DNA from: an uncultured Eubacteriales bacterium
GTDB lineage: Bacteria > Bacillota > Clostridia > Christensenellales > DTU072
Length of the DNA stretch: 64,000 nucleotides
Reading direction: 5' to 3'
NCBI GenBank assembly: GCA_949292905.1
Contig: CASFAV010000006.1
Coordinates: 476 to 64,475 of the forward strand
Of this stretch, positions 48,708-58,017 are shown in pieces. Below the pieces are notes generated by a model that saw only the letters and a list, made by a program, of their open reading frames with translations, had not been told where the DNA came from and ran no database searches. Each line of letters starts with the position of its first letter. Within the stretch, counting starts at the first letter, position 1. The position numbers and the translations under genes are program-made.

Positions 48708-48842
48708 GCGTTTCCCTTTATTTTCTTTTCGGATATTATATAAATATTCTTTCCACTCCGCGTTTTATATGTTATAATAATTCTGCACGTGTTTACGCGC
48801 GCGCATTATTAGCGTTAAATAACTCATTCTCTGGAGGAATCA

Positions 48843-49340
48843 ATGGCAAAGATCAAATTAACGAAAGTTCCTTTTGCCGGCACGCCCGAACAGGCGAAAC
48901 AACTCGAAGAAAGGCTCGAAGCGCTTAAATCGGTTCCGGGCGGGTTGATGCCGGCATTGCAGCAGGCGCAGGATATTTACGGATACCTGCCCATCGAAGT
49001 GCAGATGAAGATCGCCGACACTCTCAACGTTTCCCTCGAGGAAGTATTCGGCGTGGCGACTTTCTATTCGCAGTTCACCCTCAATTACCGCGGCGAATAT
49101 CAGGTTTCCGTATGTCTCGGCACCGCCTGCTACGTCAAGGGCGCCGGGGATATCATCAACGCCCTCAAACAGAAGATCGGCATCGAATCCGGAGAATGTA
49201 CAGAGGACGGGAAATTCAGTCTGGTCGAAACGCGTTGTATCGGCTGCTGCGGACTCGCGCCCGTGATGACCATAAATTCCAACGTCTACGGCAAGCTCAC
49301 CACGGATCAGCTTGACGGGATACTCAAGGAGTATATGTAA
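48843..49340 (+). CDS. Bifurcating [FeFe]-hydrogenase 2Fe-2S subunit (NuoE-like, HydC/HndA)
   Basis: GVATFY, CLGTAC, CIGCC. Confidence 0.92.
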   Translation: MAKIKLTKVPFAGTPEQAKQLEERLEALKSVPGGLMPALQQAQDIYGYLPIEVQMKIADTLNVSLEEVFGVATFYSQFTLNYRGEYQVSVCLGTACYVKGAGDIINALKQKIGIESGECTEDGKFSLVETRCIGCCGLAPVMTINSNVYGKLTTDQLDGILKEYM

Positions 49341-49883
49341 ATGCGGGAGATCGCGCTGCATATCCTCGATATCGTGGAGAATTCGGTGAAAGCCAAAGCC
49401 ACTCTCGTGGAGGTGATCATCGAAGCGAAGAATAATCTTCTCACCGTCACGATACGGGATAACGGCAAGGGGATGGATAAGGAATTTCTCGCGCGGGTAA
49501 CCGATCCGTTCACGACGACGAGAACGACGCGCAAGGTGGGAATGGGGATACCGCTCCTCAAGCAGGCGGCGGAAACGGCGGGAGGCGAATTCACGATAAC
49601 TTCCGAGCTCGGAAAGGGCACCGAAGTGAAAGCGAGTTTCGTTATCGACAACATCGACAGAATGCCTCTCGGCAACGTTGCGGAAACCGCCGTCACCGTT
49701 CTCAATCCCGAAGTGGATTTCGTGTGGGTCTACACGGTGGAAGACAGGACTTTCACTTTCGACACCCGCGAGGTCAAAGAGGAACTCGGAGATATTCCGA
49801 TAGACTCCCCCGAAATCGTGACTTTTCTTAAGTCGCTACTAACCGAAAATATCGAAAGCATAAACGGAGGTATAAATTTATGA
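49341..49883 (+). CDS. Stand-alone HATPase_c (histidine-kinase-like ATPase)
   Basis: DIVENS, DNGKGM, DPFTTTR, GMGIPL, GKGT; no HisKA domain. Confidence 0.85.
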   Translation: MREIALHILDIVENSVKAKATLVEVIIEAKNNLLTVTIRDNGKGMDKEFLARVTDPFTTTRTTRKVGMGIPLLKQAAETAGGEFTITSELGKGTEVKASFVIDNIDRMPLGNVAETAVTVLNPEVDFVWVYTVEDRTFTFDTREVKEELGDIPIDSPEIVTFLKSLLTENIESINGGINL

Positions 49884-50251
49884 AATCAATAGCCGATATC
49901 AAGGCGATCAGAGATAAGATGCAGGCTCAGATCGTCAACCGCGACAATAAAGACGCGGAACTCGAAACGCGTATCGTCGTAGGTATGGCTACTTGCGGCA
50001 TAGCGGCGGGCGCGAGACCGGTATTCAACGAACTCGTGGACCAGGTCACTTCCCGCGGGCTCACTAACGTAAAAGTTACCCGTTCCGGCTGTCTCGGAAT
50101 GTGCAAGCTCGAGCCCATCGTTGAAGTATTCGTACCCGGCGAGGAGAAAGTAACTTACGTCAAAGTCGACGCTCAGAAGGCGAAAGACATTATAGCCCGT
50201 CATATCGTGGGCGGACAGGTCTGCACCGATTATCTGATCGGCGAGGAGTAA
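49880..50251 (+). CDS. Thioredoxin-like ferredoxin subunit (HydD/HndB)
   Basis: VGMATCGIAAGA, GCLGMCKLEP. Confidence 0.88.
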   Translation: MKSIADIKAIRDKMQAQIVNRDNKDAELETRIVVGMATCGIAAGARPVFNELVDQVTSRGLTNVKVTRSGCLGMCKLEPIVEVFVPGEEKVTYVKVDAQKAKDIIARHIVGGQVCTDYLIGEE

Positions 50252-50267
50252 GCGAGGAGGACGAGAG

Positions 50268-52061
50268 ATGTTTAGAAGTACTGTACTGATTTGCGGCGGC
50301 ACCGGATGCCACTCCAATCACAGCGGGGAGATCTACGACGAATTCGTATCGCAGCTTGCCGCCAACAATCTTACCAACGACGTAATGTTGGTCAAGACCG
50401 GATGTTTCGGACTCTGCGCGGTAGGTCCCGTCGTCATCATCTATCCCGAAGGCGCTTTCTACAGCACCGTGAAAGTGGAAGACGTCAAAGAGCTCGTCGA
50501 GGAGCATCTTATCAAAGGACGTCTTGTCAGAAGGCTGCTTTACAAGGATCATAAGACCGAGGAGATGACCAAGGCTCTCTCCGAGACCAATTTCTATAAA
50601 AAGCAGACGCGCGTCGCGCTCCGTAACTGCGGCGTCATCAACCCCGAGAACATCGACGAATACATAGCGTACGACGGCTATCAGGCGCTCATCAAGGTGC
50701 TTACCGAGATGCAACCGCAGGAAGTCATCGACGTCATCAAGGCGAGCGGACTGCGCGGCAGAGGCGGCGCCGGCTTCCCGACGGGACTCAAGTGGCAGTT
50801 CTGCCGTAACGCCAAGGCGGACGAAACGGGCATCAAATACGTATGCTGCAACGCCGACGAAGGCGATCCCGGCGCGTTCATGGACAGATCGATACTCGAA
50901 GGAGATCCTCACGCGGTCATCGAAGCCATGGCTATAGCGGCTTACGCGATCGGCTCCTGCCAGGGCTTCATATATATCCGCGCGGAGTATCCTATCGCGG
51001 TCAGCAGAATACGTATAGCGATCGAGCAGGCGAAAGAATACGGATTGCTCGGTAAGAACATTCTCGGAACGGGCTTCGACTTCGACCTCGAAGTGCGTCT
51101 CGGTTCCGGCGCTTTCGTATGCGGCGAGGAAACGGCGCTCATGACGAGCATCGAAGGCAAGCGCGGCGAGCCGCGTCCCCGTCCTCCGTTCCCCGCGAAC
51201 AAAGGACTTTTCGGCAAGCCCACCATTCTCAATAACGTCGAGACTTACGCCAACGTCGCTCAGATAATTTTGAAAGGCGCCGACTGGTTCGCTTCGATGG
51301 GCTCCGAGAAGAGCAAGGGCACCAAGGTGTTCGCGCTCGGCGGCAAGATAGTCAATACCGGTCTCGTCGAAATACCCATGGGCACCACGCTCCGCACCGT
51401 TATCGAAGATATCGGCGGCGGCATACCTCACGGCAAAAAGTTCAAAGCGGCTCAGACGGGCGGTCCTTCGGGCGGCTGTATCCCCGCAGAACTTATCGAC
51501 GTTCCGATCGACTACGAGAATCTTGCCGCGATAGGCTCGATAATGGGCTCCGGCGGACTCATCGTCATGGACGAGGATAACTGTATGGTCGACATAGCCA
51601 AATTCTTCCTCGAGTTCACCAAGGACGAGAGCTGCGGCAAATGTACTCCCTGCCGTATCGGTACGACGAGACTGCTCGAGTATCTTAACAAGATAACCTC
51701 CGGCAAAGCGACTCTTCAGGATCTCGACGATATGGAGAAACTGTGCTACTACATCAAAGACAACGCGCTGTGCGGACTGGGACAGACCGCTCCCAACCCC
51801 GTGCTTTCGACGCTGCGTTATTTCCGCGACGAATATATCGCGCACATAGTGGACAAGAAATGTCCCGCCGGCGTATGTAAAGCGTTGTTGTCCTTCGAGA
51901 TCACCGACGCATGTAAAGGTTGTACGCTCTGCGCGCGCAACTGCCCCGTCAACGCGATCTCCGGCGCCGTCAGGACCAAGCACGTCATCGACAAGTCGAA
52001 GTGTATCAAGTGCGGCGTATGTATGGACAACTGTAAGTTCGGCGCCATCGTGAAGAAGTAA
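50268..52061 (+). CDS. Bifurcating hydrogenase NADH/FMN subunit (NuoF-like, HydB/HndC)
   Basis: GRGGAGFPTG, NADEGDPGAFMDR, CGEET, ESCGKCTPCR, C-terminal 2x[4Fe-4S]. Confidence 0.95.
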   Translation: MFRSTVLICGGTGCHSNHSGEIYDEFVSQLAANNLTNDVMLVKTGCFGLCAVGPVVIIYPEGAFYSTVKVEDVKELVEEHLIKGRLVRRLLYKDHKTEEMTKALSETNFYKKQTRVALRNCGVINPENIDEYIAYDGYQALIKVLTEMQPQEVIDVIKASGLRGRGGAGFPTGLKWQFCRNAKADETGIKYVCCNADEGDPGAFMDRSILEGDPHAVIEAMAIAAYAIGSCQGFIYIRAEYPIAVSRIRIAIEQAKEYGLLGKNILGTGFDFDLEVRLGSGAFVCGEETALMTSIEGKRGEPRPRPPFPANKGLFGKPTILNNVETYANVAQIILKGADWFASMGSEKSKGTKVFALGGKIVNTGLVEIPMGTTLRTVIEDIGGGIPHGKKFKAAQTGGPSGGCIPAELIDVPIDYENLAAIGSIMGSGGLIVMDEDNCMVDIAKFFLEFTKDESCGKCTPCRIGTTRLLEYLNKITSGKATLQDLDDMEKLCYYIKDNALCGLGQTAPNPVLSTLRYFRDEYIAHIVDKKCPAGVCKALLSFEITDACKGCTLCARNCPVNAISGAVRTKHVIDKSKCIKCGVCMDNCKFGAIVKK

Positions 52062-52079
52062 TCGGGAGGAAGTGATAAA

Positions 52080-53828
52080 ATGGACGACATCAAAATGGTA
52101 AACCTTAAAATAAACGGTCAGGACGTAAGCGTTCCGGAAGGCACGACCGTACTTGACGCCGCCAAGAAGGCGGGTATCAGAATACCCACGCTGTGCTACC
52201 TCCGCGACATCAACGCGATAGGGGCGTGCCGCGTGTGCGTTGTCGAAGTCAAAGGCGCGAGATCGCTCGTGGCTTCCTGCGTGTATCCCGTAAGCGAGGG
52301 TATGGAAGTGACGACCAACAGTCAGAGAGTCATCGATTCCCGTCGCACGACGGTGGAGCTCATTCTTTCCGATCACAAGAAGGAATGTCTTTCCTGCGTG
52401 CGCAACGGAAACTGCGAGCTTCAGACTCTGTCCGAGGAACTGCGTTGCGACGGCGAAAAATACAAAGGCGCCGTCAGCGATTATCCCATCGACGAGAGCA
52501 CTCCTTATATAGTGAGAGACAACAATAAGTGCGTGCTTTGCCGTAGATGCGTCGCGGCGTGCAAGAACTATCAGGGCATCGCGGTAATAGGCGCCAACGC
52601 GAGAGGCTTCGACACCCATATCGCCTGCGCTTTCGAGAAAAATCTCGCCGACGTTCCCTGCGTGGGCTGCGGACAGTGCATAGCGGCTTGCCCCACCGGC
52701 GCGCTCCACGAGAGAGAGGAGATCGACGACGTGATATCCGTGCTCGCGGATAAATCGAAGTACGTTATCATCGCGACCGCTCCTTCGGTGCGCGTAGGCC
52801 TCGGCGAAGAATTCGGCTATCCCGTAGGCACCAACGTCGAAGGTAAGATGGTCACCGCGATGCGCAAGATGGGCTTCAAAGCGGTATTCGACGTCGACTT
52901 CACCGCCGACCTCACGATAATGGAAGAGGGCGCGGAGTTCATTTCGAGAGTGAAGAACGGCGGCGTACTGCCCATGTTCACTAGCTGCTCGCCCGCATGG
53001 ATCAAATTCGTGGAGCATTATTATCCCGAATTCATCCCCAACCTTTCCACCTGCAAATCCCCGCAACAGATGTTCGGCGCGATATGCAAAACTTATTACG
53101 CCGAGAAGCTTGGCGTCGATCCCAAGGACATGGTAGTGGTATCGGTCATGCCCTGTACCGCGAAGAAATTCGAGAAGGGCAGAGCCGACCAGTCGGCGGC
53201 GGGCGTTCCTGACATCGATATCACGCTCACCACGAGAGAGCTTGCCAAGCTCATCAAGATGCAGGGCATAATGTTCAGAGAGCTCGAGGACGGCGAATTC
53301 GACGCGCCTCTCGGCATAGCCTCTACGGCGGGACTTCTTTTCGGAGCTACCGGCGGCGTTATGGAAGCGGCGCTCCGTACCGTGGCGGACGTGCTCGAGA
53401 ACAAGGACCTCAAAGCCATCGATTATAAAGACGTTCGCGGCACCAAGGGCATAAAGGAAGCTACCGTCAAAGTAGCCGGAATGGAAGTCAAAGTCGCCGT
53501 CGCGAGCGGACTCGCGAATGCCAGGGAGCTTCTCGAGAAGATCAAGAAGGGCGAGGCGAATTATCACTTCATCGAGATAATGAGCTGCCCCGGCGGTTGC
53601 GTGAACGGCGGCGGGCAGCCGATCAGAAGCGCGTACGAGCGTAACAATATCGATATCAGAGCGCTTCGCGCGGCGGCTATATACGACGCCGACCAAAAGA
53701 GCAAGCTCCGCAAGTCGCACAAGAACCCCATCATCAAAGAGCTCTACGACACCTATCTCGGAGAGCCCAACAGCCATAAGGCGCACAGTATCCTGCATAC
53801 TTCTTACGAGAAGCGCAAGAAATATTAA
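52080..53828 (+). CDS. [FeFe]-hydrogenase catalytic subunit, group A (HydA/HndD)
   Basis: FTSCSPAW, MPCTAKKFE, EIMSCPGGCVNGGGQP; N-terminal 2Fe-2S and 4Fe-4S motifs. Confidence 0.95.
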   Translation: MDDIKMVNLKINGQDVSVPEGTTVLDAAKKAGIRIPTLCYLRDINAIGACRVCVVEVKGARSLVASCVYPVSEGMEVTTNSQRVIDSRRTTVELILSDHKKECLSCVRNGNCELQTLSEELRCDGEKYKGAVSDYPIDESTPYIVRDNNKCVLCRRCVAACKNYQGIAVIGANARGFDTHIACAFEKNLADVPCVGCGQCIAACPTGALHEREEIDDVISVLADKSKYVIIATAPSVRVGLGEEFGYPVGTNVEGKMVTAMRKMGFKAVFDVDFTADLTIMEEGAEFISRVKNGGVLPMFTSCSPAWIKFVEHYYPEFIPNLSTCKSPQQMFGAICKTYYAEKLGVDPKDMVVVSVMPCTAKKFEKGRADQSAAGVPDIDITLTTRELAKLIKMQGIMFRELEDGEFDAPLGIASTAGLLFGATGGVMEAALRTVADVLENKDLKAIDYKDVRGTKGIKEATVKVAGMEVKVAVASGLANARELLEKIKKGEANYHFIEIMSCPGGCVNGGGQPIRSAYERNNIDIRALRAAAIYDADQKSKLRKSHKNPIIKELYDTYLGEPNSHKAHSILHTSYEKRKKY

Positions 53829-53840
53829 TATACGCCGCGG

Positions 53841-53870
53841 AAACGCGGTTCCTTGTCGGAGCCGCGTTTT
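53841..53870 (+). terminator. Intrinsic terminator after the hydrogenase operon
   Basis: AAACGCGGTTCC-TTGTC-GGAGCCGCGTTTT. Confidence 0.6.
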
Positions 53871-53891
53871 CCCGTATAAAAAAGGAGCATA

Positions 53892-54938
53892 ATGAGTAAT
53901 AACAACCGTCACAGGTTCAACAACAGGAAGAAGAAACCGTATCTCGACGAATCTTACGTGCCGCCTTTCGACGCGGGGGTACTCGGGCAGGGACTCGACT
54001 ATCTCAAGATCTCCGATACGGTGACCGAGAAGCTGACGGGCGCAGGAATAACCACGATATTCGAAGTGGTACGCAGAGAGGAACGCGATTTTTACCGCAT
54101 CCCCACGTTTGACAAACGCAATTTAGGCGAGCTGAAGAACGCTTTGAACAACAGAAGATTGCGCCTGAAGCCGCCTCAGGAAAAGCCGGAAAAGGCTCCC
54201 AAACCTTCCAAACAGGACGCCGAAAACAAGCCGGACGAGAATAAAGACAACAATCGCCGCGAAGGACGCGGACGCGACAATAAGGGGAGAGAGCCGTTGC
54301 AGATGCAACGCGCGGACAACCGCAGGGACAATTTCAGAGCCCGCGAGCAATCCGCTAAAGAGGATAGGACTCAGGAGAGGGGAGCGCGGAACGAGCGGCA
54401 GGATAACGCTAGGCGCGACAGGGAGCAGCAATCCCGTAAGGAAGCGCCGCGCCGCGCCATTCTCAATCCCGACGGCGTCAGCGAGAAGCGCACGAAGGAG
54501 GAGCACGAGAAACTGCGTCCCAAGCGTCCCAAGACGGAGCATCCTTCCGACATATATATCAAGATTAACCGCAACAACAAGTGGGGATTCGCCACCCGCG
54601 ACGGCAAAGAGGTCATCAGACCCGAATACGACGACGTGTTCTCCTTCAAAGAAGATCTGTGCTGCGTGGAGCGCGAGGACGCATTCGGTTTCATCGACCG
54701 CGCGGGCGAAGTGGTCATACCGCTCGTTTACGAATGTGCCGCGAGCTTCAGCGAAGGCTACGCCTGCGTATTCAAAGGTGGCGTATGCGGTTATATCGAC
54801 AAGCAGGGCAACACCGTGATACCTTTCGAATTCGACGCGGGCACAGCCGTTACGGGCGGCGAATGTCGCGTGAAGAAGGCGGGCAAGTGGGGAGAACTCC
54901 ACGTGGACAATCCCTCCGAAATACGTTGGATCAACTGA
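53892..54938 (+). CDS. RNA polymerase alpha-CTD-like domain + charged linker + WG repeats
   Basis: LDYLKIS...KLTGAGITTIFEVVRREERDFYRIPTFDKRNLGELKNAL; C-terminal KWGF / FGFID / CGYID / KWG repeats with F(K/S)E. Confidence 0.75.
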   Translation: MSNNNRHRFNNRKKKPYLDESYVPPFDAGVLGQGLDYLKISDTVTEKLTGAGITTIFEVVRREERDFYRIPTFDKRNLGELKNALNNRRLRLKPPQEKPEKAPKPSKQDAENKPDENKDNNRREGRGRDNKGREPLQMQRADNRRDNFRAREQSAKEDRTQERGARNERQDNARRDREQQSRKEAPRRAILNPDGVSEKRTKEEHEKLRPKRPKTEHPSDIYIKINRNNKWGFATRDGKEVIRPEYDDVFSFKEDLCCVEREDAFGFIDRAGEVVIPLVYECAASFSEGYACVFKGGVCGYIDKQGNTVIPFEFDAGTAVTGGECRVKKAGKWGELHVDNPSEIRWIN

Positions 54939-54939
54939 T

Positions 54940-55602
54940 ATGAAAAAATTACTCGTCGTCTTGATATGTTTAACGATGCTCATAGCCGTTGCGCCTTCGG
55001 TGCTCGTTGCCGAGGCTTCGGGCGAAAGCGCGTACGTATTGCACGACGGAGTGAAGATGTATTCGGACGCTACGCTCAGCACGGTCGTGGCGGAACCCGC
55101 AATAAACGCCCCTCTCACCGTGACGGGCAGCGAACGGATAGGGAACGAGATTTATTACGTCGCGGAATATAACGGAATTGCAGGCTACGTCAAGGCTGCT
55201 TACGTTTATTACGCCGAATTCTACGACGTGGAGCTGAACGTCAAAGCGGCGAAATGCCTTGCGGACAAGGTGGGCGGCAGGATAAACGTGTACGCTTCGC
55301 CTTCGGAAGGCGCGGAAGTGCTTTACACGTTGTCCGACGGCGTGAGAATCGACGTGGCGGAATGTGGCTCGGACGAATATTATTTCCTTATAAGGAGCGA
55401 CGGCAACGGTTACGTCAAGAAGTCTGAAGTGACGGAGGGGCTTTCGCGCAATCTCAGAGTGGCGTTGGCGGTCACGCTCATATCCGTGGTATGCGTGATA
55501 GGCATATTCGCGCTCATTTACGTACAGCGGAACAAGGAATATCTCGCGGCGCGTAAAGCGCGAAGAAACGCTTTGAAAAAGGGTGGCGATTTTCCCGAAT
55601 AA
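54940..55602 (+). CDS. Exported protein with two SH3b-like domains and a C-terminal TM anchor
   Basis: Signal peptide; YYVAEYNGIAGYV and YYFLIRSDGNGYV; INVYASPS; C-terminal TM and basic tail. Confidence 0.65.
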   Translation: MKKLLVVLICLTMLIAVAPSVLVAEASGESAYVLHDGVKMYSDATLSTVVAEPAINAPLTVTGSERIGNEIYYVAEYNGIAGYVKAAYVYYAEFYDVELNVKAAKCLADKVGGRINVYASPSEGAEVLYTLSDGVRIDVAECGSDEYYFLIRSDGNGYVKKSEVTEGLSRNLRVALAVTLISVVCVIGIFALIYVQRNKEYLAARKARRNALKKGGDFPE

Positions 55603-55641
55603 CGGTAAAGGTATAACGAAAATAAACCTCACGGGTAAAAG

Positions 55642-55672
55642 AAAAAACGCGCTTTCGGGCGCGTTTCCTTTT
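55642..55672. terminator. Bidirectional terminator
   Basis: AAACGCGCT-TTCG-GGCGCGTTT flanked by A and T tracts between convergent genes. Confidence 0.65.
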
Positions 55673-55723
55673 GTCGGCGGCGGTTGCCGACAGAGAACGG
55701 GGCGCGTATTCTTCCGGCGAAGG

Positions 55724-57133
55724 TTACGCTTCGAATATCACGTTCGCGCCGTTTACGAAAGGAACGGCGTTGTATAATTTCACTTCGGCGGTGTTGTCCC
55801 GCGAGGAATATATGCGTACGGCTACGTCGCCTCCCGAATACGGCGCGCTGAAGACGCGCTGCCCGAATTGATTGAGGGAGGAGAGGTCGCCGTCTCCCGT
55901 GAACCCCGTGACTTTGCCGTCGCAAATAACTTCGAGGCGGAAGCCGTGCGCCGCCGCCATTCCGTAATTCGTTATCATAAATGAAACCGTGCCGTCGGAA
56001 ACCGTGAGATTGCTCGCCGCGAGCTGATATCCCAGATGGTGTTTGAGATAGTCGAATACCGTTATCCCGTTTTCGGTAAGGAGCGCGGGATTGTATGGGA
56101 GAGAATTGGCTTCGAGCTCCGTTCCCGTAAGATAGACCGACTGCCACTTCTTGAGATAATAGGCGTTGCCTTCTTCGATATAGTTGTGCTCGATCGAAAG
56201 GCTGGTGAGTCCGTATCCCGCGCATTGTTTGAGGACTCCGAGCATGTCTATCCCCTCTATACCCGCGTCGCCCCAGGGCATTTCGCCGTCGGTCAGAGCG
56301 TGTTTAGATTTGTTCAGAAGCTTTGGATATGCGGGATCGTCGAAGGATATCATTCCCCATTCGTGGTCGTATCCCACAAGGAAATCGTCGTGTATTCCGA
56401 AGCGGTGTTCCTCATCTTCGGGTACCAGACTCAATAATTCGGGAGTCCTCACCATTATGAATATGTCGTCGGGCACCATATCCGCCACTGCGGCTATCAC
56501 TTTGCGCTTATTGAGATAATGCACGTTGCCGTGACCTTCGCCCCACAGACCTATCATTCCGAGTTGCACGGCGTAGACGGTCTTGTCGATAAGCTCGGCG
56601 TTTTCTTCGAAAAAGGTTTTGAGCCGCTTACAGTGTTTGACTATATCCGACGTGCGCGGACCCGTCTTTTGCTCCGAGGTGTATTCGTACGCGAAGCGAA
56701 GGAGCATTTTCACGCCGCGGCGTTCTATTTCCTCGAAGTAGGCTTTGAGCTCGTTAAGCGCGGAATCGGTCAGATCGGTATTAGCGTATTTCGTGAGATA
56801 TACGTAGACCTGCAGGAGCGCTATACCGTCGGGCGCGTATTTGTCAAGCTGGTCGTCGAGCCTTGAGTAGGGGTCTTCTCCGCTACCCGGGAAGGCTTCG
56901 TTTCCGCCGAGCGTTATATACGTTTCTCCGCGCATGCCGCGCGAAGGATTGATAACGTAACCGGAGTTCGGATCGTACGGCGCCACGCTCCCGTCTACGG
57001 GATAGATATAAGAGGTGCCCGTAGCGGGGTAATCTGAAATTTTTATCTTGTTGCACGAGGTAAGAAATACCGCCGCCAAACACATTGCCGCAAGCAATAT
57101 GGAAGTTATCGTTTTATATGCAAGTTTACGCAT
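55724..57133 (-). CDS. Lipoprotein of DUF4874/DUF4832 type (glycoside-hydrolase-like)
   Basis: Lipobox LTSC; NPSRG, LLRFAY, GMIGLWGEGH, GIHDDFL, DGE, HLGY. Confidence 0.65.
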   Translation of the reverse strand: MRKLAYKTITSILLAAMCLAAVFLTSCNKIKISDYPATGTSYIYPVDGSVAPYDPNSGYVINPSRGMRGETYITLGGNEAFPGSGEDPYSRLDDQLDKYAPDGIALLQVYVYLTKYANTDLTDSALNELKAYFEEIERRGVKMLLRFAYEYTSEQKTGPRTSDIVKHCKRLKTFFEENAELIDKTVYAVQLGMIGLWGEGHGNVHYLNKRKVIAAVADMVPDDIFIMVRTPELLSLVPEDEEHRFGIHDDFLVGYDHEWGMISFDDPAYPKLLNKSKHALTDGEMPWGDAGIEGIDMLGVLKQCAGYGLTSLSIEHNYIEEGNAYYLKKWQSVYLTGTELEANSLPYNPALLTENGITVFDYLKHHLGYQLAASNLTVSDGTVSFMITNYGMAAAHGFRLEVICDGKVTGFTGDGDLSSLNQFGQRVFSAPYSGGDVAVRIYSSRDNTAEVKLYNAVPFVNGANVIFEA

Positions 57134-57236
57134 GTACGTCCTCCCGCGCAGGCGCGCACAAAAATTCATATTGTCCGTCTGGTTTATATATCGATTATAA
57201 CCCGTGACGCGCTCCGTTGTCCATACCGTACGCGTG

Positions 57237-57269
57237 AAAAAGCCGTCCTGTTTTCGGACGGCGTTTTTT
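57237..57269 (-). terminator. Terminator after the TrkA-family gene
   Basis: AAAAAGCCGTCC-TGTTTTC-GGACGGCGTTTTTT. Confidence 0.6.
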
Positions 57270-57309
57270 AACGATTAGCGCGCTTATGACAGCCCGTATG
57301 CCGAGAAAT

Positions 57310-57960
57310 TTATATTTTGAAGCACTTTTGGATGTCTTTTTCTCTGCCCAGTACCAAAAGCGAGTCCGTTGCCTGAAGCTCGTCGTCGAGTACCGCTTCC
57401 ACTTTGAGATCGCCGTGCTTGCGTACCGCCAGCACGTTCAGGTTGAATTTGCGCCGTACGTCGAGCTCGAGTATGCTCTTGCCCACCCAGTTTTCGGGGA
57501 CTTCTATCTCGAATATGGAATAATCGTTGCCGAGCTCGATATAGTCGAGCACGTTGTCGGATACGCATCTTACCGCGGTCCAGGCGGCGAGCTGCTTTTC
57601 GGGATAGACCACTTCGTCGGCGCCGTTACGCAGGAGGAATTTTTCCTGCACGCCGCGCGAAGCGCGTGCAATGACCTTTTTCGCGCCGAGTTCCTTGAGC
57701 AGGGAAGCGGTTTCCAGAGAACTTTGGAAGTCGTCGCCGATAGCCACGATGCAGGCGTCGTAATCATTTACTCCGAGAGAGGAGAGGAAATTCTCGTTGG
57801 TACTGTCCCCGATGATGCCGTCCGTAACATACGGTAAAACCGCGTTTACGCGCTCTTCGTTGTCGTCTACAGCCATGACATGACAGTTCATGCTGTTGAG
57901 TTTCATCGCTATGTGTCTGCCGAATCGGCCGAGTCCAATCAATAATACCGATTTCATCAT
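57310..57960 (-). CDS. TrkA/KtrA-family potassium uptake RCK subunit
   Basis: GLGRFG, GDST, IVAIGDD, GADEVVYPE, RCK_C domain. Confidence 0.92.
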   Translation of the reverse strand: MMKSVLLIGLGRFGRHIAMKLNSMNCHVMAVDDNEERVNAVLPYVTDGIIGDSTNENFLSSLGVNDYDACIVAIGDDFQSSLETASLLKELGAKKVIARASRGVQEKFLLRNGADEVVYPEKQLAAWTAVRCVSDNVLDYIELGNDYSIFEIEVPENWVGKSILELDVRRKFNLNVLAVRKHGDLKVEAVLDDELQATDSLLVLGREKDIQKCFKI

Positions 57961-58017
57961 AACTCCTTTATGTCACGGCTTGAGCCGATTTAATATATTT
58001 ATCTTTTTTTGCGTCGT

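Noticed and set aside
48708..48842. Rex operator upstream of the hydrogenase structural genes
   Set aside because: AT-rich, but no convincing TTGT(G/T)AA-N4-TT(C/A)ACAA palindrome.
50190..53912. 1240-aa antisense ORF over the hydrogenase genes
   Set aside because: Shadow frame from the codon bias of conserved plus-strand genes; no recognisable motifs.
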